From NCBI GenBank assembly GCA_039621445.1, contig CP154954.1, positions 2,480,001 to 2,544,000 of the forward strand: a stretch of 64,000 nt of DNA, read 5' to 3'. Shown here piece by piece: positions 49,791 through 63,900 of the stretch (the first letter of the stretch is position 1; the number at the start of each line of letters is the position of its first letter). The notes below the pieces were generated by a model. That model had not been told where the DNA came from. It did no database searches and saw nothing but the letters and a program-made list of their open reading frames with translations. A program made the position numbers and the translations under genes. This DNA comes from Euglena gracilis. Lineage: Eukaryota.

Positions 49791-52700
49791 TTGTTTTTGG
49801 CCCCACCCCTTGTGACCCCCCAAGGCAATGACCAATGACCGGGAGAACAAACACGTGGCAAAGAAATGGCATGGTCCAGCTGCAGGTGCTTTTGCACACG
49901 TGCTGCGGTCTTTGGGGCCTGTGAAAAAGAAGAAGGACAGCAAGGAAGAATCAGGCTGGTGTGATGCAGAAATGCAATTTTTTGAAAGACTGGTTATGCA
50001 GATGAATGACACGAAGAAAGAATGCCTGGGCCAACCACAACGAGCAAGCAGCAGCCATTTTCAATTTTCATCGAATTATGTTATTCCCATATTGCCACCC
50101 GTTATTCTTTTCCTTTCAACAAAACCTAAGCACGGCACGTACCATGAAAAGCTGCTCTGTGACATTTTCCCAGGGGAGAGAGCCATCTTTCCAAAACGTT
50201 TTTGTTCATTTGATTTTGGAGGGACAAATCTCTGTGTTTCTGAACTGTTTATGAATGTCTAAAATCACAAAATTCTTGAGGTTCTGCATCACGCCTTGCA
50301 ATACTCAACTGTTTGGGCCTGAAATGTCCCTCACTTTTCATTTTACTTTGTATTATCTTCATCTAAAAAGGCAAACTCATGCTGCTGGGTCCCAGTGGTG
50401 TGACAGTGGGTATTTTTATGGAGTATTTGCATGAAAACGTTTTTTGAATGTATATTTCTGGGTCATTTCTGCCAAAGAATCCCCTTCCACAAATGAAAAG
50501 GTCATAAAACTGTTGTTTTTTTTGCAGTTTCAGACGTTTTTGACCTTTTTTTTTTTGGCAGTTCTGGGACTTTGCAGGATTCGAAATATGATTTGGGTGT
50601 TTCACAACAAATTTTTCCAATGATATTTCCCCTTTTTTGAGGTTTTTTGGCGCTTTTTTTCAAAAAAGGCATGTTGGTTTGTTTTTTTAAAAAAAAATGC
50701 AAAAAAACAGTTGCCGTTTTTAGAAACACCAACTATGAATCACACTACGGGGACCCTGGTCACAGTGGTATGAGGAGGGTGGATGGGCGGGAGGAGGGCC
50801 CTCCAGCCGGAGGGGGGGTCCGGACCCCCCCCCCATCACCCCCACTTTCCAAGGGGGTCCGACCCGACCCGCCTGACCGACCCAGGGGGGCAGGGTTGTT
50901 TGGGAAGCTCTGCAGACATGAGATAGGTGCTGGGGGGACCCCCCCCGAGGGGGGTAAGGTGATGGGGGGAGGGCTCCCCCCACCCCCATCCCCCTAGTTT
51001 CAGAACCCCCCACCCCCCCCCCTCCTCCTCTGTGGGGGCAAAAAAAAATCTTCTGGCGCTTCGCACCGGGTGTGTATCTAGAGGCTCAATAAGAAAATTT
51101 GGCAAAATGGCCAAAACTGGTCGATAAATGGTTGTAACTCGGGCTGGGCGGTGAGTTGCGGGGAAATCAAAAACTGTTGGATGGGGCATTTTAAGGGCTT
51201 CAATTCAGGTTTCTGGACATTTCCTTTGATTCCCCACCATTTTGAGAAATTTCAGAAAAATAAATTTTTGACCCCCCAAAAAATGCCGAAATTTTGCACT
51301 CAACGGCAAACAGTTCGGCGACCGAAAACTGGAGGTGGGAGGGGGGGTCCCCCCCCGCCCCCTCCCCCCTAGTTTTTGAAGGGGGTCCCCCCACCCCCTT
51401 CCTCCGAGATTCCCATACAAGCCTGGGGGGGAAGGCCACTGGGACCCCCCAAAAGTCAATTTTTTTCCTTCTGGCGCTTTGCCCCAAAAGTGCCCAAAAT
51501 GGCACTTTGGGCCGATTTTGGGGTCCAAAATCATTTGTCTGGCGCTTTGCGCCGGGCCATGTTTCAGTCCCCCAGACCGAGCCACTGTGCAGGAGGCATG
51601 GAGGCATACTGGACTGGGGGGGGGGGGTTCACACCCTTGTTGAATCCTGGTAAGGATTCAGCCTAACTTTAGACCCAAGTTTCAGCAAAAAAAAATATTT
51701 TTTAGGCCAAAATTGACAAACCCTGGATAAAAATTGGTTGAAATATAGGGCTGAAACGTAACTCTCACCCTACTCCGTAAAAAGTAATGGCGGTTAGCTG
51801 CAAAATTGAAAAACAAAAACAAAAAAGCAGCGTGCAAAAAAAAACAACAAATTGCCAACCATGGTATGTTTAGGGGGCTTCTGTTTGGAATCCAGCTGTG
51901 GAGCAGGACACATCCCAAGACATGCATCCCTCAGGGGCCATGATCTGCTCACATCCCCCCCCAGCAGAGTTCAATCTTGATGAAATGAGCACAAACAGCT
52001 GCACAAAGCAGTCAGAGCCCTCTGCCCTTCAACAATTCCCAAAAAATGTTGATTCTGCCTCTCAAGCAAAACTCAAGGAAAATACCCCCAGGACTTCCCA
52101 GGTGGTCAACTGGAAAAGAGTGCTGCCTGGAAAGGGAAGGGCTTCATTCTGGGGGCAGGGGATTTCTCAAGCTGGAGGGTCCCCCATCCCCCCCGGGGGG
52201 GGGGGGTCCAGCAGCTCAAATCCAGCCAGCAGCCCAAATTGTCGAGAGGGACCAGCCACCCACATGCCCCTTGCCTCATGGCAGAGGGCAGTTCTGGGTT
52301 GCCAGCCAACAGTTCCTTTTGAGGTCCAGTCACTGGATCAGCCTCAGGGTGTTGCAGCTGAGGCAGGAGGGGGGACGCTGGGGAATGCGGTGAGCGGGAA
52401 GCAGACACGCACAGACACAAACACACAGGGGGTTGCATTGTTTCACAGCATATGCACCCGCCACATCATGATATTCTAACTAAGCTGAACATGGAGTTGG
52501 GGCTAAAAAAAAACCACAATGCAAACCCCCTGAGAAAATGGCATCACCCAGGAAGTTGGCCTCCAGCGCAAACTTGGCCTCATTGGAGCTTAACGACCCC
52601 ATGGGAGGAGGGCCAACTCACAGCAGGAAAATTTGCTGCTGGAAAGGGCTCCTCCCTCCCAGGACGCATTTTTTTGCCAAGCCTGAGTGGTCACTGGGGG

Positions 52701-53373
52701 GTTTCCACTCTTCCAAAACCAGTCACACACTTTTCCAGAAAACCAGTCAGTTACCCCCCCCCCCGGGGGTACTCTGGGGGTCACTCTGGGATCCAAGGGG
52801 AAACTGATCACAAATGTGAAGAAGATGCCAAAAAACCCAGGGTCACTTCGGTGACTTTTGCTGACTTCCCCCCCCCCCGGCCCCGGGAGGGGGGAGGTTT
52901 GGACAAAAAAACAGCTGCTGGCTGGCTGGACCCCCTCCCTATGGTGTGGTGGTGTCCTTTTTGGTTTCATGACACCCTTTGGCCCTTTGGCGAAAAGGGG
53001 CCCGTGACATTTTTGCGCTTCTTGGGGAAAATGATGGCTTCATTCAATCTGCATGATGTTTTCCCACGAAGGAAATTGCTACTTTTGGGATGGTAAGAAG
53101 GTCAACTTGTGTCCTGAAAGGAAAGCTGGCCTCCTTGCACCCATCCTCACCAACCTGGCCATACATTAGTTGGCCTCCCCTGTGGACTCGCCAACTTCGG
53201 CGAGGGGGATATCGAGCCATTCCAGACAACTCTCCTCCAACCTCCACACTGAAAAAAAAAACAGGACAGAAAAGATGCCATCCAGTGGAATCCAACATCA
53301 TCAAATTTGAATCACCAATCCCTTGCACAAATTTAACCTTGCCTGCCTACCGGGAGGGGGGGGGGATTTTGTG

Positions 53374-53640
53374 CTAGAGAAATTTTGCGGCGACAAATTT
53401 TGCGGGCGACAAATTTCGCGGGCGACAAATTTCGCGGGATTCCTTAAAAAATGTCCGGAAATATTTCGCGGGATTTTTTCTGCGAATTTTCAGTTGAACA
53501 TCGTGAGCACCTGAATGGGAACACATGGACAGACGCAGGCCAATACTCGCAGGAAAAATTTCGCAGGATTCCTTCTAAATGTCCGGAAATATTTCGCGGG
53601 ATTTGCTTCCGCGAAATTTGTCCGTGCAAATTTTCTCTAG
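53374..53640. mobile_element. Small TIR element with AAATTT(T/C)GCGG subterminal repeats
   Basis: ctagagaaattttgc / gcaaattttctctag termini; no clean TSD seen. Confidence 0.6.
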
Positions 53641-55010
53641 GGCAAAAATTTTCCCGCCCCGGTATTAAACCCCCCCCAAAAATAAGACCCCCTGGGCCGA
53701 TCGAGCAAAAATCCAAAAATAAGACCCCCTCCATAAAATAAGACCCCCCTTGACGGCGCAAAGCGCCGGGGACGGTGAAAATTTTTCCTGAAATTGCCAA
53801 AAACCCCAATTTCACACACAAAAATAATGAAATTTCAAAAAAATTCAGATTATTGAAGTGCAAAAAAAAATGTTATATGTCAATTTACACCAATTTACAC
53901 TTGGCGCGAAGCGCCGAAGGAAAAATTTTAGTGCTCTTGGGAAGCTGAAAAATGGTGTTTTTTTCCCGGCCCGGGTCGGTCAAGAAAAAATCCAAAAACA
54001 AGACCCCCCCTGGAGGCTTCCAGCAACGGACCCAAAAATAAGGCCCAGGTATTATTTTGGGGGGGGTTACCCCAGCCATCCAAATCATTCACCCCAAAAG
54101 CTGCAATTTTTGCTCATTCCACATCCGCATCAAAAAAAAACTCATTGATGCAATCCCCAGTGAACGGGCGGATGGAAATCCCTAGTGGTTAGTTGGGTTA
54201 AGAGGGTGGAGAGGATAGAAGTGAAAGGACTGGCACAACAACTAGGTGCCAGTCAGTCAGGAGTGATGACCTTATACAGGGTCCAGGGACCATGGAGTAA
54301 TGACCAAGGGGACAAAAGGCTCTGGGGGCGGATAACTCCATGTGTATGGGATCTGTAGAATTTTGTTGTTGCTTGAATCATTGCAGAAAAAGGCAACGTG
54401 AATCCTCAAAACACTCCATGCGAAAACAAACACACATGAAATTGGGTTTTTGTGTGCGTTCATACACGATCTCCAAAGGTTTTCATACACGATCTCCAAA
54501 GGGGGGGGGTCGACACACTCACTGACCCAAAACCCACCCAAACTCAGCCGAAAATCCTTGAAGAATTTTTTTCTAATGTTTTCTGACCATGATCGGCCCA
54601 AAGATTCATTTAACCTGTGTAGCCCCTCCCCCCAGGGCCACTCCACTCCACGCCACGCCACAAAAAGGGCGTGCAATACCTCCAAGCTTGTGCTGATACC
54701 TCCAACCTTGGATTCCTGAACGACAGATCCAACAGTCAAACATCCGTGGCCCCTGCTGGGGGACCCCCTGTGACACCCCATCCTCCGTCACCAGCATTGG
54801 ATGCTCACCCACCTAGCTCCAGTGCATCAAGCAATGGGCGATCGGCATCAGGTGGACACAGAGGGGTGGGACGCAAGCCGGAGCGTGCGAAAAAGAGGTT
54901 TTCAACCAGTCTTCAACAGGGAACTGTCTTTGACAGAGAGTGATGTGACAGCACAGTCCCCACCAGGGCGACATAAGGCAGGTGGGGGGGTGCTGGACCC
55001 CCCTTCCTGA

Positions 55011-55385
55011 CAGGCTTCTGCTTAAGGACTCCCCCGGGGGGGGGGGGGTACTGGCTAGCCAATCGGCTAGACACTGGAAAAAATGGACTAGCTGGACCCC
55101 CCCTCCCCCCCCCGGGGGGTCCGGAGGTCCCCCGAACTGGAAAAAAAATTTTCCTCCGATGCTGCGCGCCGAGGTGGAAATGAGGCTTTTAACAGGTTTT
55201 TGGCTGATTTTGTTCCAAAAACTCCGAAAAATGGCCAAAAACGGGCATTTTCGGTCATTTTGGGGGGTCCCAAAAAAAATTTCGGCACTTCGCGCCGGTC
55301 ACTGGAAAAAAAATTTCCACTAGCTAGCCCTGCTAGCAGACCCCTCCCGGGGGGGGGGGTACTGCAATCCTTAAGCAGAAGCCTG
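55011..55385. mobile_element. hAT-like MITE
   Basis: Perfect 18-bp TIR caggcttctgcttaagga / tccttaagcagaagcctg. TSD cttcctga / cttcctgt. Confidence 0.9.
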
Positions 55386-55991
55386 CTTCCTGTCCAGCGG
55401 GCAGGCCCCCCCAAAAGGCCAAGTTTTTCCAGCACTTTGCGCCACAATAAAACAAAAACTGTTTGATTGACTGACAAATTTTGCCCAGAAAGTGCCCAAA
55501 ATGGGTTTTTCGGCCTTGAGAGGCAAGCATTTTCGGCCCACGTTTTGCACCGGGCCAAAATCAGTCATCCAGACCGCGCCATTGCGCAGGTGCCCCCCCC
55601 CCAGGGGCGGTCCGGACCTCTCTAGGCAGGCTGTCAGTAAGGCCTGGTGTTGGGCACGATGGTCAAAAGGGGGGGGGGTCGACCCCCAGCACGCAGGATA
55701 AGCAGGATAGCTTATGCCAGCGCACTGGCCGTATGTTAAAATAAACAAAAATGCAAACACGGTGTTGAAGGTGGCTGAGCCTCCACAAAACTTCAGATGG
55801 CAAAAACTGAGGAATCCAAATAATCTGGGGGCAAAGAGTGGGTGCTTGGCCAAACAGCACCAAAGTCATGTGAAGGGAGCTTTTGCTGTTGCTGGTCCAT
55901 TGTCACAGGGTGTCGTTGTTGACCCCCCCCCGTGTCAAACGGCAAATTCCCAGAACAACCTCGTCTTGGACCAGAGGGCAGAAGGTAGAGT

Positions 55992-58900
55992 CTGGGGTTC
56001 GATATAAGGAGGGTGAATGGACAAGGAAGGGGGGGGGTGTCCCTCCCTCCCTTAACCAAGGGGCAGGGTTGTGCAGCATCCCCGAAACCCAATGGGTGGT
56101 GGTGTATGGGGGCTCCATTGTTGTCTTTCAAGGGGCGCCAATTTTGAGATCAAACCTTCTACTTCCCTAGCAGAGTGCTGTGGTGGTTGGGGGCGGGGGC
56201 AGGGTTCGATATCAGAAGGGTGTATGGGGTTTAGTGGGGGGGGTGTCCTCTGCTGGACCCGGGGGGGGGGACCCGCACCTGCCAGCGGGGGGTCCGTCTG
56301 GACCAACCCCGGGGGTCCACCTGGGACCCACCCCAAAAAGTCAAAATTTTCCTTCCGGCCGGCTAAATTTTTTTTGCATTTTTGACATATTTTGCCCAAA
56401 AAATACCCAAAAATGGCACTTTTGGCTGTTTGGGGGGGGGGGGGCAAAAATGTTCGGCCCGGCCACCTGCCCTTGTATTGAACCGTTTGTCTTGGGTTAA
56501 CAAGATTAATGGATCCTGAACATTAGAGCTGAGACAATACAGGGCTGGTGCATATGTTTCTAACGGAGGTAGTGATCTGAACTGACGCCCTTGGCTCAGG
56601 TCTGGGAAAACTGCTGCGCAACTGCTCAGAACCTTCACCGAAACTTCCAGTGAAGGGGGAACATTGGGACAGAGGTGACCCATTGAGGAGAATGAATGCA
56701 TGCCACTGTGTGTGGATTACAATGCAGAGAGGGATTTGAGCCATCCGACCCCTGTTGACTTGTTGGGGTGACCACTGACCTGCAACCAAGACCAGCAGGT
56801 TGCAAAGTATACTGATCATCCCCATTGTGAGGATATCCACAAACAAGTGGGCTTGTTGGAGCTCTTCCAAAACTATGGGTATCAAACATGGCACAGTACA
56901 AACTAATTGAATACTGGGCTTCTAAATGTGGAAGAAAAAGAGATTTGGCAGACGGTTAGGACCTTCTGTTGAGTTTGCTTGTGTCAAAGTGGCTCGTTCG
57001 GGGGAAAAAGGATTCTTAACGACATTAACGACATTTAAAGCATAGATATTTGTGAGGGGGAGGACATGAAAACCAAACTGAAATTCAGGGGGGTCGGCGT
57101 TGGGTTTGGGCGCTTGCCAAACCTGCCAATTTCCCTTGAAAATTTCCATTTTTGGGCCCCCAACTTTGGGAGGAATGCTACAGCAACCCCAAAACCAGGC
57201 CCTCCTGGGTCTGGGTGCCACAGCGTAATGGGGCTGTGCACCTGTGGTTTGAGGGAGTGGCGCCCCTCCTACCACAACAGTGGGGGTCCACTAGTACTGG
57301 CTGAGATGTCTCAATAAATATCACTCCGCACATAAAAGTATGTGGCCCACATGTGGACACAAAAAATATGTGGTACACATGAGGCCACCTACCAAAATTT
57401 GTGGTCCACAGGGAATTTGTTGCCATGTCTGGGGGGAGACACACTTTCAACACCCCCTCCCACCGAAATAGTGGCTCGGTCTGGGTGACTGACTGTTGGC
57501 ACTTTGTGCCGGGCCGTGAATTTTTGTTCCCCTGGATCGCCCTGAAATGCCATTTTTCACTTTATGGGCAAAAAAAATTGTCAAAAAAAACTCGAAGGCC
57601 AAAAAGTTTCGGTGCAAAGTGCCAGAAGGAGGATTTTGACCGTTTTGGGGGGGTTCTAGGGTGGGTCCAGACCACTCCCTGCACTTTTTCCCGGGCCGAA
57701 ACCCACCCACCCACGACCCCCCAGGAGGGTTAACCACCCACCCACCCATCCAACCCACCCACCCAAAGTCCAGCCAAAATCGGCCAAAAACGCTGAATTT
57801 TTTTTCAAGTCCGGCCTTCAACTGGGCAAAAGCTTGATCCATGGTGCACCCCCGGGGGGGGGGGGGCCGGCGGCCCCACCCCATCCACCCACTCTCAAAC
57901 CCCCCCCCGGGGGGGGAGGGTTCACACAGGTGTTAAGTGAATCTATGGTCCAGACCACTGGTCGGGGGGGCACCCACCACCTTTTAAAGTTTTTTTGCCA
58001 CTCAAACAAATCTTAAAACTTTAAAACTGAAAAATCAAAAAAAAATTAACTCATCTATATACCCTCCTTGTATTGAACCCTGGGGTGGAATCCGTTTCAG
58101 AGATACATTGCAAAAAAATAACATCCATTGCAATGGCATGCCAAAGAGAAATGCATTGTGTCAAATGTGAGGTTAAAAATATAGAGGTAGAGAATGAGAG
58201 TGATGGGAGGTGGTTGAATGCAGGCTTGCCAAAGGATAATACAGAGAGGGGCAAAGCCAACGCCAAGGAGGGCAAAGACACCTGGGATGATGGGTGTGTG
58301 GCCGGTTGGGGGGTAACCAGGTGGAAACAGCCACTCAAAGCACATGATTCAAAAAAGAGTTAGAATTCAAAGGAAAATACCATTTTGTTTGGAACACTGA
58401 AAAGCATGCAGCAACACGAATAATAATGCAGCGTGTTTGCTTCTGTCTGAATGTCCAAAATTTCTCCAAAATTGCACATTCCACTTTTTTGATATTGCAA
58501 TTGGCAGTTTACAGTTACATTCAGTGAAATTTCTTGCAATTTCTGGGGGGTTTTTTTGTTATGCTCAGAAGGCATCACAATGATTTTGAACGAAAAACCA
58601 ATGCCCAAATGAGGATTGTCTTGCAACCTTTTTCCGCAGAAATTCCAAACATGAAAGCAATGCAGCAAAGCAATCGAGGTGCACACCGCATTTGGTTGCA
58701 GGGTTGATTCCCAGTTGCATAATCCCTACATACATACAATACAATAAACCCCCCAAATATAAAACCCCCCGGTTTTATATTTGGGCGAAAATTTCAAGAC
58801 CTCCACCAGGGGTTTTATATTTGGGGTGGGGGTATATTCAGTCAGACAAATCAACTTCCTGGCGGGATCCAGTAGTCACTTTTTCAGTCCAATATCACAA

Positions 58901-59782
58901 ATATGCCCACTCTTGGGGGTCCAAAATTTCACTTTTCGGGCGAAGGAGCAATTTTCATACGTTTTTGGCAAAAAATTGCTCCCAAATCTGCCAAAAATCA
59001 CAATTTCAGGAGGGATTTTATCGAAAATTTTCCTTCCGGCGCGAAGTGCCGGAGGGGGGGGTTTATATTCGGGCAGGATTTCAAGGTCCGCGGGGGTTTT
59101 ATATTTGTGCGGGGTTTTGTCTTTGGGGGGGTTATATTTGGGGGGGGGGGTTATTTGCTTTTGCAGTTGAATACAATTTGTGTTTTTGTGTTGATTAATA
59201 CCACATCTCATCATGGGAGCACAAATTAAATAAGGATGATGTTTGCAGAAAAAAGCAAAGCACGACACCAGTTCAAAAAAAAAAGACTTCAAAAAATGAG
59301 GCACCTTCCTTGTCAGTTTCATCCACCAATGGGGGTAATCCAGGCGAACCAAGGAAGCCATACCACGGCGCCAACGATTTGCCTGTCTCCCTCTGCTCGA
59401 TTTACCCACCCAATCGATGGAACAACATCTATTCAGCCAACATCAGGGCAGGTGGGGGAGTGATGGCGTAAAGTGGAGCCCCCACAATACCCCACTCCCC
59501 CACACACATCCGCTCATACACCCACCCACAGACCCCACACGTGAAATTTTTTGCATCATTTTTTGACTGACTCGGCCGCCCCCCGGCCCCCCAGAACAAA
59601 AAAAGCATCGTCCTTTATCTGTCCAACTAGGGGGCCTCCAACATTTAACCTTTCCAGAAAACCCCCCACTTCCCCCCCCCCCCCCACACACCCTCCAAGA
59701 GTACCCCGCACTTAAGCCCCCCTGGTCCAGCGGGGGACACCCCCCACCTAAACCCTGTCACCCTCCTTATATCGAACCCCGG
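55992..59782. mobile_element. ~3.8-kb TIR element with nested inserts
   Basis: 24-bp TIR with 1 mismatch (ctggggttcgatataaggagggtg / caccctccttatatcgaaccccgg). TSD ggtagagt / ggaagact (6 of 8). Confidence 0.65.
58742..59157. mobile_element. MITE with TAAACCCCCCAAATATAA-type termini
   Basis: caataaaccccccaaatataa / ttatatttgggg...gttatttg, internal GGGGTTTTATATTT repeats, central ggcgcgaagtgcc. Confidence 0.65.
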
Positions 59783-60611
59783 GGAAGACTTTGGTGAGGC
59801 ATTACCGAGGTCTAAGAGCACAATTGAGAGGTTCTAAGATATCACCAGGTGTGCACCTAACTAGTGCTTGTGGCTCAACCTGCGAAAAAAAAATTAGGGG
59901 GTGTATTCATCTTGGTTTTTTCATCCCTGTTGGCCGTCAGTTATCCATCACAATGGCAACACCAACAAGGTCAACACCAACAACAATAAACAACAACAAC
60001 AACATGACGATAGAATGGAGCCTGAGGTGCGAAGCAAACCGTTGCCCCCAGCATTAGTTTGGGGTTATGATTTGAAGAATCAGTTGGTTGGAGCAGGCAT
60101 CTCGAGTTTTGTGCCTCAACGAAATGGCAAAATACTTTAATTAGGTTGCAAACCTTGTTCAAAACGCTAAAACAATTTCAGCCTTTCACCAACTGGCTGA
60201 ACGGAGTGCTGATGTTTATTTGGTGTGCAAAAAAACAGTGCGAACACACCATCCTTTTTCGCCATGCTCTCAGCATGGTGTCAATAGATCAGATGCAAAA
60301 CACACAAAAAATTTTGTGCCTCACCATAATTTTTTGTATCACTCTATCACCAAAAATTTTTGTGTGTCAATGCAAAATTATGATGCAACCCCTGTATGAT
60401 GTCATTCAGGATCCCCCAGTGTCAAGCCCCCCCAAGCAGGGGTTCTTTTTAAGACCGGGCACCCACCCACCCTCTGGGCCCCCCTGGGGGGGGGGGGCTC
60501 GGCCGGACCCACCCACCCCACCCCTCCTGGGGGTCCACAACTATAAAAAAAAAACCTTTGCCCCCGAGGCAGATGCAGAAAATCGACCCAAAGCCGTGCC
60601 ACCTGCCCTAC

Positions 60612-60963
60612 CAGGCAATTGCTCAAGCACTGTCCCACCGGGGGGGGGGGGTGGGTGACTGGTTTTTTCAGAGTGACTGACTGGTTTTGGGCCCGGACCC
60701 CCTCCCCCCGGGGGGGGGTCGGCCAGGAGTGGGCAAAAGTGGCTTGAGTGACCCCTGCGCCGAAGGCGCCGGAAAAATTTTTTGGGCCTAAAATGGCCTA
60801 AAGTGACTGGAAAGTGGCCATTTTTCTGAGTGGCCGACCCCCCCCGGGGGGGGGGGGGGGGAAGTGAAGGGCTGGTTTTTTTTTGAAAATGAGTGACTGA
60901 CTGGTTTTTAAAAAAGTGGAGTGAACCCCCCTCCCCCCCGGGGGGTCGGTAAGCAATTGTATG
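60612..60963. mobile_element. hAT-like MITE, family A
   Basis: TIR caggcaattgctca / taagcaattgtatg. Perfect TSD tgccctac. Reverse-complement match to 46587-46942. Confidence 0.93.
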
Positions 60964-63900
60964 TGCCCTACCCCTCTTGCCAGCACTCCGATGTGAAGAA
61001 GATGTGTCCAAGAGAAGCAAAATTAAACTGTGGACACCATATGGGGGAATACTTTCTCAATTTGCCAAATGGCATTATCAATTTTCCTTTGAATTAAAAA
61101 AAATGGAATGCTGAGGGGTGCCTTTTTGGAAAAACAGCAGCGATGCCTGGCAAAGCACCAATCAGCCAATGGGGCACAGGAGATCTGGTAAAAATCACCA
61201 GGGATCTGCCTATATTGCCTATATATAGGGGAAATGTAGGCGAGGCAGGGGACACCACAGGCAGGAACAAGTGGATGGACACATCAAGGTGTCGCAGGGC
61301 ACCTCCTGGGGGTGCCCTGTGAAGCTGAGAGGGATGCACCTGAATTTATCAGGTTTGGGCCAGCACATGGAACAATTATCGGTTCCCACCAGCCCTATTT
61401 CTGAGAATCCCAGGGTCTGTCCGAAGCAGGACTTTCCTGAAAAGAAACCTGGTTCCCACTGCGGGGGAAAAGAGGCACCTACGCCAACTGTCCAGATTAT
61501 TTGTATTTTAAATTTGGTGGGAAGAGGTTAGGATGTGATGTGGGGTGTGCCCCCCCTTCCTATGATAAACAAGGACACCCTTCCCACAAGTCAATTTTGC
61601 ATGCCCAAACTGACTGGTGTGGACCTATCTCAAAGCGGTTGCAGAAGGCCAAGATGTGATTTTTGGGCAATTTTTGCGTCAAAAACTGAATAAGAACCCT
61701 CAAAGGGCGAACGTAATTCTTTGTGGGTGCCCCCCCAGGGTCGGTCCTGAGCCAGTGCTCACCTCAACCCTGGAAAAAAAACTTCATCGCCGGAGAAGGT
61801 GAAATGAGTAATCTTTCCCTCGAGCCACAGCTGGTCAAAGAGGAAAAAAAAGCACCGAGAACACAAAGGCACCCCGAAACCAGCGTTGAGAAAGCAGCTT
61901 GGATGAAAGAACAAGGCTTGGCATCCTTGGTCCTTCATCCAACACCATAACTGCTCAAGCAGACAGGAACGTACACACAGAGGCAGAAATAGAGGGCACA
62001 GATGGAATGGAAATGGTCAACAAGGTGTAATAAAACCCCACTGTGATGGAATGCAAATGCTAAAGGGGGCAACAGTATTTGTGAAGTAAGGGGGATTTGA
62101 AATGTAGACAGCACATGCAAAATGCAATTATTGTCAAGCCCACAAATGTGCCCACAAAAACGCCACGCACAGACGTTCAGGTGTTCAGCAAAATGAGGTG
62201 TCTGGATTTGCTGACAAACATTGGCATGGCAGCTGTAAAAAAAAAAAAGAACCGAACTTTACCCAAAAGGTGGAGTTTGCAACCAAAAAAAAGCATCGTA
62301 CTTAGAATCCAAATGAAAGGCAACAGCGAATGCTTTGGAACTGTTCATGAAAGAGAAAATGCCATTCAGGTCGAGCAAAGCATCTCAACTTGCAACATGG
62401 GGGGAAGGCACGGTAGCTCCCTTGTGCTTTTGTAAAGTTTTTTTTAAAAAAAATTCCCCAAAATAATAAAATATCCGAATTATTTTAAGTTTTTTTTCCA
62501 GTGACCTTTCCAATAGAACACAAGATCCATTGATATTGGATGATGTGTCTGATTCCTCCATCATTCCTCAACCAATGTTCAATGGAAGGGGTTGGGGGTA
62601 GGGGGTGGTCCAGCCAGCCAGCAGCCAGCTCCCAGATCCCCCTCCCCCGGGGTCCACTGAAATAATTGGAACCCGGCGAAGCCTGGGCTGGACCGAAAAA
62701 AAAAAGTGGTGCGAAGGGCCGATTTTTCGGGCAAAAAGGAGTCAAAATAGCCAAAAATGGCACTTTAGGGCCCTTCTTTCTTAATTTCAACTCAACTTTT
62801 GGCTGAGACCCTGGCAGGAATTGGAACTCTTTTGCCTGTTTTCAGCACCAACTGCGTCCAGGCCAACAGCTGGGCTAACTTAACTGCCCTCCCCCCAGAT
62901 GGGGTCCAGCAGGGCAGAACGGGAAGCTGGTGGGGGGGGGTCGACCCCCCCCCCCCACCCACCACAGCATTTTCACCGATTTCGGGAAAACGAAGATGTT
63001 GGCCGGAAAATTTTTTGAAACTTTTTTTTGAAAAATGAACCCAAAACGCATGATTTTTTGATGGAAAACCACATTTTTCACAAAAAAAATCTCAAAATTT
63101 ACAGGTTTAAAAATTGGTGGTTTTTAGGAGGGGGCATGAAAAAACGAAGGTCAAAAAAAAATGGACCAATTTTGGGCACAGTCAAATTTTTACTGACATT
63201 TTTTCTCTTTGGAATTTTTTGGATTTTCAATAGAATTTTTTTGCTTCAAAAACCTCTCAAAACCAAAATTTTGAGAAAATGTTGAATTTTTGGAAAGTGT
63301 GAAAAAATGGGGTTTTGAGGGGTTTTTGGGGGAACCTCCCATATGGAAGTAAAGAAACACCCGGCACCGAAGGCGTCGGAAAATTTTTTTCAAGTCCAAA
63401 AATTGGTGGTCCTGGAAATACGGGAAGAGGTTTGGGGGGGGTCGACCCCCCCCACCCACCCTGGCTGTTTGGCTGATTCCCGTTCAGCTAGCACATTTTT
63501 TTCCAGCCAGCCCATAGGACTAAATAGGGCTTCACTGAAGCCGAAATGAACCCCATCCCCTGGGGATGGGGGAGTCCAGCAAGCAGCCTTTTTCCAAGAC
63601 AAATGCATCACAACAAAGCAGATGTCTCGACCATACCCAAAAAAGACACCCACGTCGAAAGGTTAGATGAGCGCCTGACAGGGCTCCTCGGTGCCCTTTT
63701 CAGTTTGGTATATGACTTGAAGAGGGAGTAAGCATTTTTTTGAAAAATAAGACGGCGGTCCAAAAAAAATATAACAGGTAAAGAACGGCATTCAACAATT
63801 GTCTGAAAAGAGCTTGCAAAAAAATATATTTCTCAGAAGTACAGCTCCGGTGTTGGATTGTTGATTCAAAAGGTCCTGCCATCACATTGGACCACAGATT

